Positions 28,607-43,806 of a stretch of DNA of 64,000 bases are shown here, piece by piece (the first letter of the stretch is position 1; each line of letters opens with the position of its first letter). Source of the DNA: Octopus vulgaris (Eukaryota); the NCBI GenBank assembly GCA_951406725.2, contig OX597835.1, positions 6,014,001 to 6,078,000 on the forward strand, in the 5' to 3' direction. The position numbers and the translations under genes are program-made. The notes beneath the pieces were generated by a model, which worked only from the letters and a program-made list of their open reading frames with translations, was not told the origin of the DNA and did no database searches.

Positions 28607-29560
28607 ACAAGGAATGTAACCTGTCAGTAACCGATACACTTAGCTTTCCAACAGCCAATGAACAAATGCTTACGTCAATGAGGGCAAGTCTTTTTTGGTT
28701 TTGTTTTTGTTTTTGGTGTGTTGAAATCCTAGCAATTGGAGTGTCTTTTACATGGGCCCATGTAGTTAAGTCTTTAGTAAATGCTTAGAGATAACATTTG
28801 ATAAGTCCCTTGCAAGATACCTAAAAACCCGCGTGCCCCGAGAAACACTCCTGTTTCTGAAAAACGAACTAATCAAGCAGCCTTGTGGTTGCTCCACGTT
28901 CTATAAACAACAGCTAATTATCCTTTAGATTCTTCCCCACCTACTTTAGACAAAAATACGTCGAAAATATGGTTCTGGGCCTCCTGTACGTAAGAAAAAG
29001 ACGGTGAGGCCACGGTTGGACTACATTTTATTATATGTCTCCCAGATCATAAGTGGCCTTAGACTCAATAACAACCGTAACCTGCAAGAAACGATAGCCA
29101 CTTCCGTTTCAAATCAGGTTTTAAAAGAAGAAAGACAACACGGAGAAATTGAGTCTCAAAATAGTCAAGCTTCCGGTGGAACTATAAAGAAAAAGGAGCC
29201 AAAATTCTGAGCGATTACCAAGAATTCCCATTTGGGGAAGTCAGAAAGTGCCATTGCACTTTAGCCAGTTATTGACTGTTATTTCACCTTGTTCAGGCAT
29301 GATCTAATTACTACTTGTAAACATAAAAAAACACATTCCTTTGATGTATAATAAAAAGCAATTATTATATTTTTCATCTATAATGCGATTACTTGAAAAC
29401 CTGCAACCACCATTCACAGCATTTCATACCAAACCTTCTTAAGCCGGCGCCGTAAACGAATGAACAAGAAACCGACAGAACGCAGCTTGGCTTCAAAGCA
29501 TAATTTCTATTAACGTTACGCCTGTGAATGTTAATATATACAGGGGAGAGAGAGAGAGAG

Positions 29561-29611
<51 letters not shown>

Positions 29612-29707
29612 TATATATATATATATATATATCATTTAATGTAGTTAGTGCATTGATCTCTCATAGGATGGAGCATAATTTTGTTGATCTGACTTTAGTG
29701 TAAGAGT

Positions 29708-29738
<31 letters not shown>

Positions 29739-29810
29739 CATGTGTATAGAAGACAAGTCCTGATATATATACTCTATTTTGTAGCCATGCAGAAACGCAT
29801 GTAGTACACT

Positions 29811-29845
<35 letters not shown>

Positions 29846-29895
29846 ACTTGTCTTATATATATATATATATATATATATCTATATATATATATATA

Positions 29896-30373
<478 letters not shown>

Positions 30374-30471
30374 TGTATGTATGTATGTATGTATGTATGT
30401 ATGTATGTATGTATCTATGTATGTATATATATGTATATATATATACATATGTGTGTGTATATATATATATG

Positions 30472-30523
<52 letters not shown>

Positions 30524-31345
30524 CATTATTATTATTATTATCATTAGTATTATTATATCATATTCTCCTGAGGAGCCGTTTTCACCTTGTTAGCAATTTT
30601 TTTGTAAACATTATACCCAATAAAACTTTATTAACTACTCATAACTAACAATTGTAGCAAATTCACTCTCACTCCCTCTCTACCTCTCTCCTTCTTTCTC
30701 TTTTTTTTTTCTCTCTCTCTCTCTCCCTCTCTCGTCTCTCTTCTTCACATTCACTAACGTATTATATATTAGACAGGAAACTGTTTACCAAACTCCTTTT
30801 CCTTGTTGATTTCTATAATGGAAGCCATTGCAATGCCGAAAACTCCCGTTGGCCTGTTTATCTCCTATAGAGTTGGTTTTCGCTTAAAACAGGAGAGATG
30901 ATGACGAAACGCCGTCAATATTCCTATCGCAGATTCATAATATGTCTAAAGAAACGGTTTCTTTAGATTCACTATAATATACATACACACACGCGCGTGC
31001 AGACACACACACACACGCATACATACACACATATATATTTGCAGCTAGACAGATACAGAAGCAAGAGCAATCATAAGCACACGACATACACACACACACA
31101 TACACACACATATGCTCAAACATATACAATGTATTTCTTCTTGTGTGTGTGTGTGTGAGCGTGTGTACACATACAAACATTTATCATTAATAGAAGAAAA
31201 TACCTCTGGGTAAATTCTATATCCTGTGTGTGTATATGTGTATGCGTGTTTGCGTGTGTGCGTGCGTGTGTGTGAGTGTATATATATATACACATACATA
31301 TTTATATATATACACATACATATTTATATTTATACATATATACAC

Positions 31346-31449
<104 letters not shown>

Positions 31450-32091
31450 TGAACAGCATCTCAAATACGTGATATCGTGAATGGAAATTTTTCAATTAAC
31501 TGAGAATATGCCAGGCAATCAGAAAACAAATACTAACGCCTGGGTCTTTTAAAAGTGAAAAAAGAACATTTTTAAGAAAAAAAAATCAAGGAGGGTAACT
31601 CTAGCTCTATCATCAGATTCAATGATTTGAGAAAATATAAACAATGGAATTAGAAGTGAATGTTTCCTTTAAAGACCAGGGAATGAAACAATGTTTTTAG
31701 GTGGGGAATTGGTAGACTCGATAGTGTGTCATACTTCGCGTTATTTATTCCGAGTCTCTACGCACAGGGTTCAAATCTCACGGACATCGGCTTTGCTTTC
31801 TTTCCTGTTAAGGAACAGCCAAGGTATAGTCAATCTAAGGCGGCGTGTTGGCGGAACTGTAAGAATTTCGGAATTGATGCCTCGTTATTTATTCTGGGTT
31901 TTTGCGTCATGAGTTCAAATCTTGCGGTGGTTGACATAAAACATCGCTTGGTTCAACTCCATCACCTAGTACTTTGTGTTCCTTTAACGGAATCAATTAG
32001 TTGCAGGATGCTGTCAGAAAAGATGTCTGGAGTCATTTTGAAGTAATTGATGATGATCATAATTCACGGATCGATAGATCGATAGACAGAC

Positions 32092-32135
<44 letters not shown>

Positions 32136-34568
32136 TGGACGGGTAGATAGATGGATATAGCAATATATATCCTAAAATAGTATTTTCGTTTTTCATTCAA
32201 AATACTTCTTTATTTGGCGTGTATCAACTTGATACTATTGCACCCGAAATACAAAAATCCATATCATTTCTAAATATTCTGTACTTTCAACTGTCGTGTG
32301 TGTGTGTGTGTACACATTTAAACTTTTTCAAGTAAAACGTTGTCAATGGGAATACGGCCAAATATTCTCACCAAGCAATCGCCCAATTGAATATGAGTTC
32401 TGGAAAGATTCCACCCACTTTATCTTCGTGCTTCTTAATTATTTTAATGGTTTACTGTTTGAGTGAGAATATTATGATAAAACCCCCAAAGCGGGTGGTG
32501 AATATTTCGCTGTAGTGTGGGTGGCGTGTTTTACAGGGGATCATCGTTAGAGTTATTGTTGTTTTAATTGAGTGTCTTAGACTTCGGAAATGACCGGCAG
32601 CTTTGATCCTTTCGGAGAGCCTTTTCAGTTATGTCCTTGAGTTTGTTCCATAGTTTAAGCTGTTGAAAGCGTAACACGCGAACACATCTCCTATCAAGTA
32701 AACTAAGAGATAATAGATAGTATTAATTATTGATTACTGAATTGTATTTTAATTAGTCTAAAAATATTTCCTGTCAGCTTTTCCATTATTTTCTCTTGGA
32801 GCAACAAAATAAACCTCGACAGATTCACGAGATAAATTTATTGGTATTAAAACCAAACCAAATGTCTGTCTTTGGGTTCCAATACCACTCTTTTGTTAAT
32901 ATGGTATTCCATATTTCATATAGTATGTATTGAGTATGTACTCTATATCGTATACTATTTACAGATGGATTGTGCAGGGAAAATTCAGTATCATCGTCGC
33001 CGTAGTTGTTTAACCCAGCTCCAACTTGATTGAGTAGATCAATGTATAATAGAATTCCATCTTTGAAGGGAGCATTCGGGACCATATTCGCCAAAGAGCC
33101 CTTCCAGCTTTTAAGACAGTAGGATACGATTAAACAAAGGACGATTTGGCTGCTATTTTAGAAGTTCGGACAACAATATAGAGATTCTTTCACTGGACTG
33201 AATTAAATATCTTTGTGATGGTCACACTGGAAGGGTGTAAGCATGATACAAACCATTTTTTTTACTTGAGTTTGGCAATGACAAAGAACGAAAAAAATAA
33301 TCAGCTCCCTACATAAAATGGCGACCGTATGTAAATGTTGTGTCGACCTAAACCCCGACCCTCACCTCCACCAATCAAGACTGTTGCTACTTTCTAAGGA
33401 ATCAAATGAAAGCTGAGAAAAAGAAATTAAATCAAGAAATCAATGTTTAAAGAAGAAATGAAGAGACGTGTTAGCACAGATTAATCTACCGATTATTACA
33501 TGTTAACTAGTTTAAAAACACACTTTGTTTTTCATTAACCGGAAATACCATTGAAATATGGTAATTAGCTGTATAGAACTTCAGATAATGGAAACAGAGG
33601 CTGCATAATTGAATTTCCATTCCTTTCTGGAAGGATCAGAGAAAAGAAGGTTAATTAATATTTTGACCTTTATCTTTTTTTTTATTGACAATAAAAAGAA
33701 AATGCAAAAAGAAAATAATAGTTTTCTTTTTTTTTTAATCCTTTCCAAACTAAAGAAAAACTTTATTGTAGCATTATTTTTTTAATTTTTTTTATGAAGC
33801 AGGCAAGCACGAGTTTGATCATCAGCAGTTGTTAAATATATCGATCAAATTTGTTAATTTATCGATCTAATTATATAAATCTGTGATGTTCAAACTGATA
33901 GATTCTGAGATCTTGGCTAGGAAATCGTAACTTTTATTTTCATTATTCATTTCCGTTTTTATTTTGTCCTTTTGTTGTTGTTGTTTTTTGTATGCAAGGA
34001 ACGAAATTTCATTTGCTTTTCTGGAGATAATGGACGTAACAATGATAGATATTGAAATACTCGGCTGTTTTAAAGAAAAAGGATATAAGATTTTTTTTAA
34101 AAAGCACGTTTTTTCTTATTATAGTTTAATTTTTTTTTTTTAACTGCTAAAAAGAAACAGTAGCAACATTAAGATTGAATTTGACTGCTCATCTAATCTA
34201 TTTGATAAAAGACATTAACACGAAATTAAATCACTCTTGATTGACACCTAATTATCATTAGACGTGACACTCTGTTTATACAATTCCTTTATCAGCTCCC
34301 ATCCTGAAAAATAAAAAGTGTTTCCTTGTGGCTTTATCAGCAAATTTATCATTATAGTTACATCAGGAGGAAAAAAGAAAATGGTGGGCTTAAGAACGCA
34401 TCACCTCCGTCCAGATATTGAAATTGCAGTCTTACGATCGAGAGTGGAACATTCTATCGCGATACCACGTGTCTCCACACTGTAGTTTTATGTATGTGTG
34501 AGTTGTGTGTGTGTGTGTGTTTGTGTATACATTTGTGTGTACATATATGTGTGTGTATGTGTGTGTAC

Positions 34569-34599
<31 letters not shown>

Positions 34600-34698
34600 G
34601 TTAATCCAAACATGAACAAAGAGAAAACACAACAACGAGAGGACGTGGAACAAGTATAGTGTTATTGGACGCTCAGGAAGGAAAGGGAAAGAAGGAGG

Positions 34699-34733
34699 AT
34701 TTAACGTTTAGAGCGGAGCTCTTCGTCAGAAAC
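34699..34733 (-). ncRNA. minimal type-I hammerhead-like motif (mutated), in a probable Penelope-like terminal repeat (about 34605-34805)
   Basis: Minus strand GTTT-CTGACGA-A-GAGC-TCC-GCTC-TAAA-CGTT-AAAT; TAAA instead of GAAA. Confidence 0.55.
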
Positions 34734-34802
34734 ATAGAAAAAGGAAAGGTCCAAGGAAGGGAAGACGGAGAGATAGAAATCGCCAGCGATACACACGCGG
34801 TC

Positions 34803-34873
<71 letters not shown>

Positions 34874-35707
34874 AGACATTAACTTGGTGATTCAACAATG
34901 TGTAGGTATAATCATAATTACTAGTGATACCTCGGCAAGAATTGAACTCAGAACGTAAAAGGACGGTAGAAAAACCGTCAATCATTTTGTCAATTCGCCG
35001 CCTTGTAAAATTATGGAACGTAATAATACTATCATATATTGGTAAAAAGTCATAATTTGTAGTACAATAGTAATACAATCGACTAAGCTGACGTTAATAA
35101 TGCTACTGGCCCCGTGGTTGGATAAACGGCAAGGGTGAAGCCTATGCGATTTAACGAAAGAGGCAACGCTCACTACATTAAAATATTTGGTTCTGCGTTT
35201 GCTACGTGTTTACAATGTAACAATTTTCTTTTCATGTTTTACATGCACCTTGTACTGCTAAACATCCCCTTCATCAGCCGTGAACAGGAGATTAAAACTA
35301 TTTCGGCACTTTCAGTTAGCATCGCATCTATTAACAGTTCCGAGCAACACTAAGGCTACCCGGGTGGGTATATGCTATTTTGGCTACACTTTACCACAAA
35401 TTTCTCCTTTTGTTATACGTACCACACCGAATTAAGGTCAGCTCCAGCAACGCTAGCCAAGCAGCAATTAGTTTGTTTCGCTGCTTTGCCATGAAAGCCT
35501 AATACGGCGTCATTGTTTCGTATATGTAACTGCAAAACGAGGACATTGCAGATGACTTGTTAATGAATGATCACTTTGATAAGGGCACAATGAAGAATAT
35601 TGATTGGGAGATGAAGAGATAATTGATCAAACATTGCAAAAGAAATTACTAAGAGAAAAAAAGGGGAGAAAACGGCAAGGATGGAAGGCCTTGCTGATTA
35701 GTTGCTG

Positions 35708-35790
<83 letters not shown>

Positions 35791-35867
35791 GTATATATGC
35801 GTGTATATATATATCTATATGCATACATATATATATATATATACTTATGTGCGTGCGTGTATCTATG

Positions 35868-35908
<41 letters not shown>

Positions 35909-36283
35909 ATGTATATATATATATATATATATATATGCGTGTGTGTATAGTTTCATGTGAAGTAGCGAAATGTAAACGTTTACACAAACTCGCACACACG
36001 CATACGTGTGTGTGTGTGCATGTGTATATGTGCCTGAGTGTGTGCGTTTGTGTATGTGTGCGTGTGTATGTGTGTGCGTGTACGCACACACACATGCACA
36101 CACTCAGGCATACATACACACTCAGGCGCATATACACATACACACACTGACGCATATACACACGCGCATGCGTGCGTGAGCGCATGTCTGCGAGTTTTAT
36201 GTAAATATTTACATTTCACTACTTCACCTGAAAGCTATTCAACAAAAACAGCCACATTATACTGACATTCCATAATCACAAAT

Positions 36284-36385
36284 GAGCTTAGGTGTTTTTG
36301 CTTACAATGTCCGGTCTGGAAACCGAAACCGCGTTCTTACGATTGCGAGTTCGCTGCCCTAACCACTGGGCCATTGCGCCTCCAC
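36284..36385 (-). mobile_element. SINE family C head fragment
   Basis: GCTGCCCTAACCACTGGGCCATTGCGCCTCCAC. Confidence 0.85.
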
Positions 36386-36496
36386 GGCTTGTTGCTGTTG
36401 CTGTTGTTAATCAATAATTCAGACCTGGATGGTCAGACCTATAACCAAAAGCCTTACATCCGTGACCATCGTGTCAATATTTTTCAAATATGATTG

Positions 36497-36712
36497 GGCG
36501 GCGACCTGGCAGAATCGGTAGCAGGTCGGGCATAAAAATTCAACAACATGTCGTCAACCTTTACGTTGTGAGTTCAAATTCTGCCGAGGTCGACTTTGCC
36601 TTCCACCCTTTCGGGGCCAATGAGATAAGTACCAGTTGAGTACTGGAGTCGATGCAATCGACTTAACCTCCTCCACGAAATTGCTGGGCCTGTGCCGAAG
36701 TTCGAAACCAAA
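36497..36712 (+). mobile_element. SINE family B (alternative tail)
   Basis: GGCGGCGACCTGGCAGAATCGG...GAGTTCAAATTCTGCCGAGGTCGACTTTGCCTTCCACCCTTTCGGGG. Confidence 0.85.
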
Positions 36713-36914
36713 ATTTTCCAAATATGGTGTGTATGAAATACATCTTCCAATAATGCATTATTCCTTTTTAAATGTGGTAGAGATTGATCTGTGTAGAATT
36801 TGGCAGCTATTTCTGTCAAAGAGTCTGACAGTGTACAAGCTTACACCGTGCCTCGGACAAAGATAGGAAACAATGGATAATAAATTTATTTCAGTAAACC
36901 GTGCCAAAACTCAC

Positions 36915-37011
36915 AATCTATACACATTTGCCGTGGCAGAATCTATACACACTTGCCGGATCTAATCTATACAGATTTTCCGGGATTAATCTATATACAT
37001 TTGCCGGGGCA
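36915..37011. repeat. 24-25-bp minisatellite, four diverged units
   Basis: Unit approximately AATCTATACACATTTGCCGGGNNN. Confidence 0.8.
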
Positions 37012-37408
37012 AGAAAGAATGAAAGAAAGAAAGGAAAGAAGGAAGAATAAAAGAAAGAAAAACAAAGAAAGAAAAGCAAAGAAAGAAAGAAAGAAGGAAG
37101 GAAAGTGCAGACATCCAACTCGAAAACTGGGATGTTTGAATTCGAGATGAAATAAAACTAGTTCGTCCTTGTACAAGTCTTTGCTATCACCGCCGTCAAA
37201 ATATAGGACGTTAGGAGTCGAAATTATAAAATGCGTTGCTGCTAATAGTGTATAACATGACCGGGATGGAAGTCTGTTGCGGATTCGGTGTCAAATGAAA
37301 GATTAAAAAAAGAAAAAAAATTGTAAGCAGTCGCTATAATTCGGACGTTTGCTTCGCATTACTCCATAGTGGCCTTGACTGGAATTTTGAGGTCAGTCTC
37401 CAATTGAA

Positions 37409-37452
<44 letters not shown>

Positions 37453-37485
37453 GCATGAATATAAACACACACACATGCACACATA

Positions 37486-37533
<48 letters not shown>

Positions 37534-37687
37534 AACGCACGCATAAATATAAACACACACACATGCACACATACACACATACACACATGCACACATGCAC
37601 ACACACACACACACACACACGCACACACACACTTTCTCTCTCTGTCTCTCGCACTGTCTGTCTCTCTCTCTCACAAGCACATATGGA

Positions 37688-37730
<43 letters not shown>

Positions 37731-37742
37731 GTATTTCAGCCT

Positions 37743-37773
<31 letters not shown>

Positions 37774-37867
37774 CGTGTGTAATTTTACAGTTTTATGTTC
37801 TTCTACTGAGTATTATTTTCCATGTTTGGACACACATAAGTGTATATGCACGCACCAAGACATGAAC

Positions 37868-37930
<63 letters not shown>

Positions 37931-38383
37931 TAGACGTATGCATTTATAGACATATGTATGTGTGACTATGCATTACATATGCATGCACAAATAACGTATA
38001 TACGTGTATATGCCTAAGTCTACCTACTCCTCTAGATTCCAAAGCTGCTGTTCGGTTGGTGATATGTGAGTGGCGGTCATTGTCGTTGGAGGTCGTCTAT
38101 TGAAATCCGCCATGTTACTACAATTACATCTAATGAGTGACATTCACTCCCTAAAGGTTAAAGCAATTCTAATTTCCTATGAAAGGCCATACACCGTAAT
38201 AAAATTTGAATTTTTCTTTGCTGGAAATTCATCACTATTCGCATATTTTATCTCCATTAACTCGCTATTTTCTTATGTTTCATATGTCCCTTGCGTCGCT
38301 TCTTATTTTTCACCAGCTCATTTCCCTTCATTTTGTTTCCTCTTTAGGTTTTTACACCACTCTCTCTCTCTCTCTCTCTCTCT

Positions 38384-38442
<59 letters not shown>

Positions 38443-38820
38443 CTCTTTATATTTATCTTTCTATGCTTCTGTATGTATATATATATATCTAACAAGCTAC
38501 TTACCTATCTATCAATCTATCTGGCCAAGTTTGTCCATGTCTGTGTATATTTTGTGTGGTGATGCTTCATATATATATATATATATATATAATATATATA
38601 TATATGGGTGTGTGTGATTGTGTATAGAAGAATATATTAATAAAAAGAATTCCAACCTTGTCTGATTTTCACGTTTTATTACAATCTTATAATGATATAT
38701 TATAAGATAATATATTATATGAATAAAATAAAATGAAATAGTAGAATGTTAAATATTCATTCTGATTGACTAGTACTTTCATGCATTGAATTCTGCAATC
38801 TTCGGGTTCATATATATATA

Positions 38821-38861
<41 letters not shown>

Positions 38862-38866
38862 GATAA

Positions 38867-38927
<61 letters not shown>

Positions 38928-38929
38928 GG

Positions 38930-38971
<42 letters not shown>

Positions 38972-39005
38972 GGGATGGATGGATGGATGGATGGATAGAT
39001 AGATA

Positions 39006-39778
39006 TGTTTCTTTATTAGCCACACAGGGCTGCACACAGACGGGACAAATTACAAAGTAGAGCTTTTATTTGGGGGGAGAAAAAAACATGTGAGGTAGGT
39101 TTTCGATCAAAAGGGATCGTAAAAAGGAAAGAAAAAACGATCAATAGGGATCTTGTATCACAGAAATGTCACGATGTAAAGTGTAAAAGGGGGAAGCAGA
39201 TAAGGTTTAACCGTGGAAAGAAAAGCCTACGGAAAAGACCACGGTAACCTCGGTCAATAATCTCACATGTTAACACATTTATTTGCAACTAAGTGACTCT
39301 CTGTTTTAAATTTTTCCGGGTTCATAGGATTATGCTCAAGGTGGCTTCGTCATTTATACGTGCCATCCTTGCTACATTCACCCATCTTTTTTTGAAACAT
39401 TCGCTAGACAAAACTTGACTCTCTATTCTCACTTTCCTTTTCAAGTGATACTTGAAGAAGTTGATGAGAGATTGACCAGAGAGGAAAGTGTTTGTCTCTA
39501 ATCCTTTCAGACGCGTCCACCAGATACATTCTTTCTCCATAGCCACAAGGATGATGAAAATAGCTCTTTCTTCCCGTTTGAAGGAAGGAGGAGTGACGAT
39601 ATTGACGATAGACTCGGCTGATAAACCGACTCGTCCCACACGTGACAGCAGTCGTTCGACATAAGCCCACAGGTCGGAAATGGTTGGACACTGCACGAGA
39701 GCGTGCAGAACGGTTTCGTCGCTCTGACAGCATGTCGGGCAGGTCGGCCCCGCGCTTCTCGAGTCGTGTCTGTAGAGC
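39006..39778 (-). mobile_element. L1/Tx1-like LINE, 5'-truncated (ORF2 zinc-finger C-terminus plus 3' UTR)
   Basis: [33 protein letters not shown]...ECIWWTR (zf-RVT-type CxxC..ETxxH...C..W), stop at 39322-39324; AATAAA near the 3' end; (GATA)n on both sides. Confidence 0.88.
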
Positions 39779-39784
39779 AGATAA

Positions 39785-39853
<69 letters not shown>

Positions 39854-39856
39854 TAA

Positions 39857-39978
<122 letters not shown>

Positions 39979-40003
39979 GGACGGACGGACGGACGGACGG
40001 ACG

Positions 40004-40041
<38 letters not shown>

Positions 40042-40058
40042 TAGATAGATAGATAGAT

Positions 40059-41139
40059 ATGTTTCTTTATTAGCCACACAGGGCTGCACACAGATAGAAC
40101 AAATTACAAGGTAGAGCTTTTCTTTTGAAGGTTTAAGAAAAAAAAAAAAAAAATGTGAAAGGGGGAGTTTCGATCAAAAGGGATCGTAAAAGGAGAGAAA
40201 GAGGACAAAAAAAAGGGGGTTTAAAAAAAAGGGGGGAGGAAAAAAATTGATCAATAGGGATCGTTATCACAGAAATGTCAATATGAAGTGTAAAAGGGAG
40301 GACAGGTGAGGTTTACCCGTGGAAAGAAAAGCCTACGGAAAAGACCACGGTAACCTCGGTCAATGATGTCACATTTATATTTTTTTTTGCAAATAAGCAA
40401 CTCTCTGTTTTCGATTTCTGGGTTCATAGGACTATGCTCAAGGTGGCTTCGTCATTCATACGTGCCATTCTTGCTACATTCACCCATCTTTTTTAAAACA
40501 TTCGCTAGACAAAACTTGCTCTCTCTACTCTCACTTTCCTTTTCAAGTGGTACTTGAAGAAGTTGATGAGAGATTGACCAGAGAGGAAAGTGTTTGTCTC
40601 CAATCCTTTCAGACGCGTCCACCAGATACATTCTTTCGCCATAGCCACAAGGATGATGAAAATAGCTCTTCCTTCCCGTTTGAAGGAAGGAGGCGTGACA
40701 ATATTGACGATAGACTCGGCTGATAAACCGACTCGTCCCACACGTGACAGCAGTCGTTCGACATAAGCCCACAGGTCGGAAATGGTTGGACGCTGCACGA
40801 GTGCGTGCAGAACGGTTTCGTCACTCTGACCGCATGTCGAGGCAGGTCGGCCCCGTGTTTCTCGAGCCGTGTCTGTAGAGCTTATCCCGAACGGGTAGCG
40901 CTTCTCGGTAGCACTGCCAGGCCAGGGATCTCTGGAAGTTGTCCATGGGCCCTGGCCCGAAAGTCGTCCTGAACAGGCGGGTCAGGTACTCCTCGTCGAC
41001 GTCCAGGTTCGCCCCGAGCTCGTCGTCGTACCTCCCCTCCACTAAACCCCTATAGAATGCTTTGGTTGTGTTGAAGTCACTTAAGGTCGACCCAGGACGG
41101 CAGACGGTTGCTTGAGAGCAACGCGACACTCGCGGTGCC

Positions 41140-41140
<1 letters not shown>
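40059..41140 (-). mobile_element. second L1/Tx1-like LINE copy, 5'-truncated and frameshifted
   Basis: RSLAWQCYREALPVRDKLYRHG...ETVLH; same 3' UTR as 39006; (GATA)n on both sides. Confidence 0.88.
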
Positions 41141-41191
<51 letters not shown>

Positions 41192-41485
41192 GGATGGATG
41201 GATGGATGGATGGATGGATGGATGGATGGATGGATGGATGTATAGATATACATGCATATATACATACATACAAATATGTGCGTAATTATATATACGCATA
41301 TGAGGGCTATATATGTGTGGGAGTGTGAAGTATTATCTCTCTCAAATTTATTGAATAAAGAAGAAAATAATAATCCATTCCAAAGGGCTAACAGCGACGA
41401 AAACATCCTAATTGACGAACAAAATAATAAGATGCAATATCGACAGCACCTGAACCAATTTACGACGCACGCCTACATTATACAC

Positions 41486-42380
41486 ACGAGCTGGTATCGC
41501 AAGGTTCCCAGATAAATTACGTTTAATTTAAAAAAAACAACTTATTTGCCGCAGTTTTAATATCATCTCCTTCGAAATAATCACCTTGCGCAGCAATGTA
41601 CTGGTCCCAGTGTTCCTCCCACTCTTGGAACCCGCCCTGGAAGTCGTCTTTAAAATAGCTCTTTCTTCCCGTTTGAAGGAAGGAGGAGTGACGATATTGA
41701 CGATAGATTCGGCTGATAAACCGACTCGTCCCACGAAATGGTTGGACAGTGCACGAATGCGTGCAGAACGGTTTCGTCGCTCTGACCGCTTGTCGAGGAT
41801 CTTCTGCAATTCGCTCTTGATCTTGACAACGGTGTTAAAACAGGGACCTTTCAGCTGAGCTGCATTTTAATCTTGGAGAAGAGATGGAAGTCCGCAGGTG
41901 CTAAATTTGGCGAATAGTGTGGGGTGAGTGCAACAGCTATACCGTGTTTCTTTTGACGCGAAACTCACGAGTGAGCAGCGCTGGAAGAAGAATCCAATAC
42001 TTCACGCTCCATAGATCCGGTCGCTTTCACCGAATGTCCTCCCTCAATCGCCTGAAAACGTCTCAGTAGTACTTTATGTTGACGTCCTGGCCCTGGGGCA
42101 CGAATTCTCGATGCACAGTACCACATTTCCAGGGTTGACGCTTGTAGCAGGTCTTCTGTATTTCACCGTCTTTCATGGACGTTTTCTTTCGCTTTTGAAG
42201 CGCCTCTGCCACTCTAAACCTTGCGTACCACCCATTGCCTCGCCGCGGTAAGCTTACCGAAGCATTCTCAATTCAATATCTCTGAGGCAGACGTCTCAAG
42301 TGAAATGCAAGATTTCACGTTGGCTCTTTGTTCCAAATTCCTGCCCGTGACGAAAATCGCAGACTACAGCGAAAACACAA
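41486..42380 (-). pseudogene. mariner transposase relic with an internal deletion
   Basis: HTH region AYRGEAMGGTQGLEWQRRFKS; VHREFVPQGQDVNIKYY; KRPDLW; YSPNLAPADFHLF; WDQYIAAQGDYFEGD; element ends approximate. Confidence 0.85.
41652..41798 (-). mobile_element. internal Tx1-like LINE fragment embedded in the mariner
   Basis: Matches 39557-39740 with a deletion of about 35 bp; no 3' tail. Confidence 0.85.
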
Positions 42381-42479
42381 TTACCACATGTATGTATATA
42401 TACACATGCAAACCTGAAACGGACGAATTATATGATTCCAAAATACCACTATTTGGTTTGAGTTAGTTCATTATTAAAA

Positions 42480-42536
<57 letters not shown>

Positions 42537-42540
42537 TGTG

Positions 42541-42918
42541 TATAAAATACAAAATGGGACAAGAACGCAAAACATCCGGACAGCTAAGGAACAACAAAAC
42601 ATCCAGATAAATGATACAAAGAAAAGAAGGACGGGACATGCGAAATTTTCTTTCTTCAGTCTAGCACCAGATTAATCTCGCAATTTCGGCTGGTTAATCT
42701 TCAGATTGCTCCAATCTGGCCAGTCCCAAGGAAAAACTAACCTAAGATCATTAGATTCCTTGGAGGCAGCAAATGTATACCAAAAACAAGGACGGAAAAA
42801 ACGGACAATGTTACACAAATACAAATACAATAAAAATAATAACAGGACAAAACAACAGGTGTCTTTCGACTAAGGACGAATGGAATTAAGCTGGTGCGTG
42901 TGGAAATGAAGCCTTACA
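42541..42918. repeat. interspersed repeat, possibly a Penelope-like terminus; partial inverted copy at 50784-50912
   Basis: GGGACAAGAAC...GGACGGGACAT.CGAA...CTTCAGTC...CTCGCAATTTCGGCTG matches the reverse complement of 50784-50912. Confidence 0.6.
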
Positions 42919-42953
42919 GTAGATATGCATACGTACATACATACATACATACA

Positions 42954-42989
<36 letters not shown>

Positions 42990-43079
42990 TATATATGACT
43001 TTTATATATATATATATATGACATATATATATATATATATATATATAAATACATAAATATATATGCATAAATATATTTT

Positions 43080-43220
43080 TGAGTTTCCGTCTACCAGATC
43101 CAATCACAAGGCATTGGTCGGTCCGTGGCTCAGTAAAAGACATTTGCCCAAGGGGCCACGCAATGGGACTGAACCTGGAACCATGTGGTTGGTAAGCAAG
43201 CTACTTACGACACACCCACG

Positions 43221-43222
<2 letters not shown>
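43080..43222 (-). mobile_element. SINE family A, 5' half
   Basis: GGGACTGAACCTGGAACCATGTGGTTGGTAAGCAAGCTACTT. Confidence 0.85.
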
Positions 43223-43303
<81 letters not shown>

Positions 43304-43769
43304 CGTTCATTTCCGCACGTGTCTTCCTTGGATTTTGTATTATAATCTAATATTTTTAATATTTAAATATAAATTACATTATACTTTTTATATGAAGTGT
43401 TGTTAAATAGATATCATTCTGTTTTTATACGAATCAATTCGGAATTTTATATTACATTTTACTCTAATTAACTAACACCGTTTAGGATAATGGTTGGGCC
43501 ATGAAATATAATTTATTTTTTCTAGCTTGAATTATGAGATATGTTTCCGAGTGATTCTTTGCTAATAATATTTAAAGAACTTCTATATGTATCTCATATG
43601 TAATAAATTGGTTCAGGTGGCTTCTCTATTGAGGTTTATGTTTGGTTTTGGTTGGTCTATTAAATATAATTCTGTTTCGACACAATCTTCTTAGATTGAT
43701 GCCTATCTTTAAATTATAAGCTCGAAGCTGTCGTTATTAAGAATATACATATATATATATATATATATG

Positions 43770-43806
<37 letters not shown>

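Noticed and set aside
28134-28690. Reading frame that stays open if the SINE is removed, with an upstream acceptor-like site
   Set aside because: Only about 48 codons, non-canonical GC donor, no recognisable protein
33313-33376. YY1-like AAAATGGCGAC and a CCAAT box (also a CRE-like ATGACGTCAT at 54491)
   Set aside because: Short motifs expected by chance; no linked gene start
42675-42712. CTGAAGA...GAAA on the minus strand
   Set aside because: The intervening TTAACCAGCC cannot form stem II
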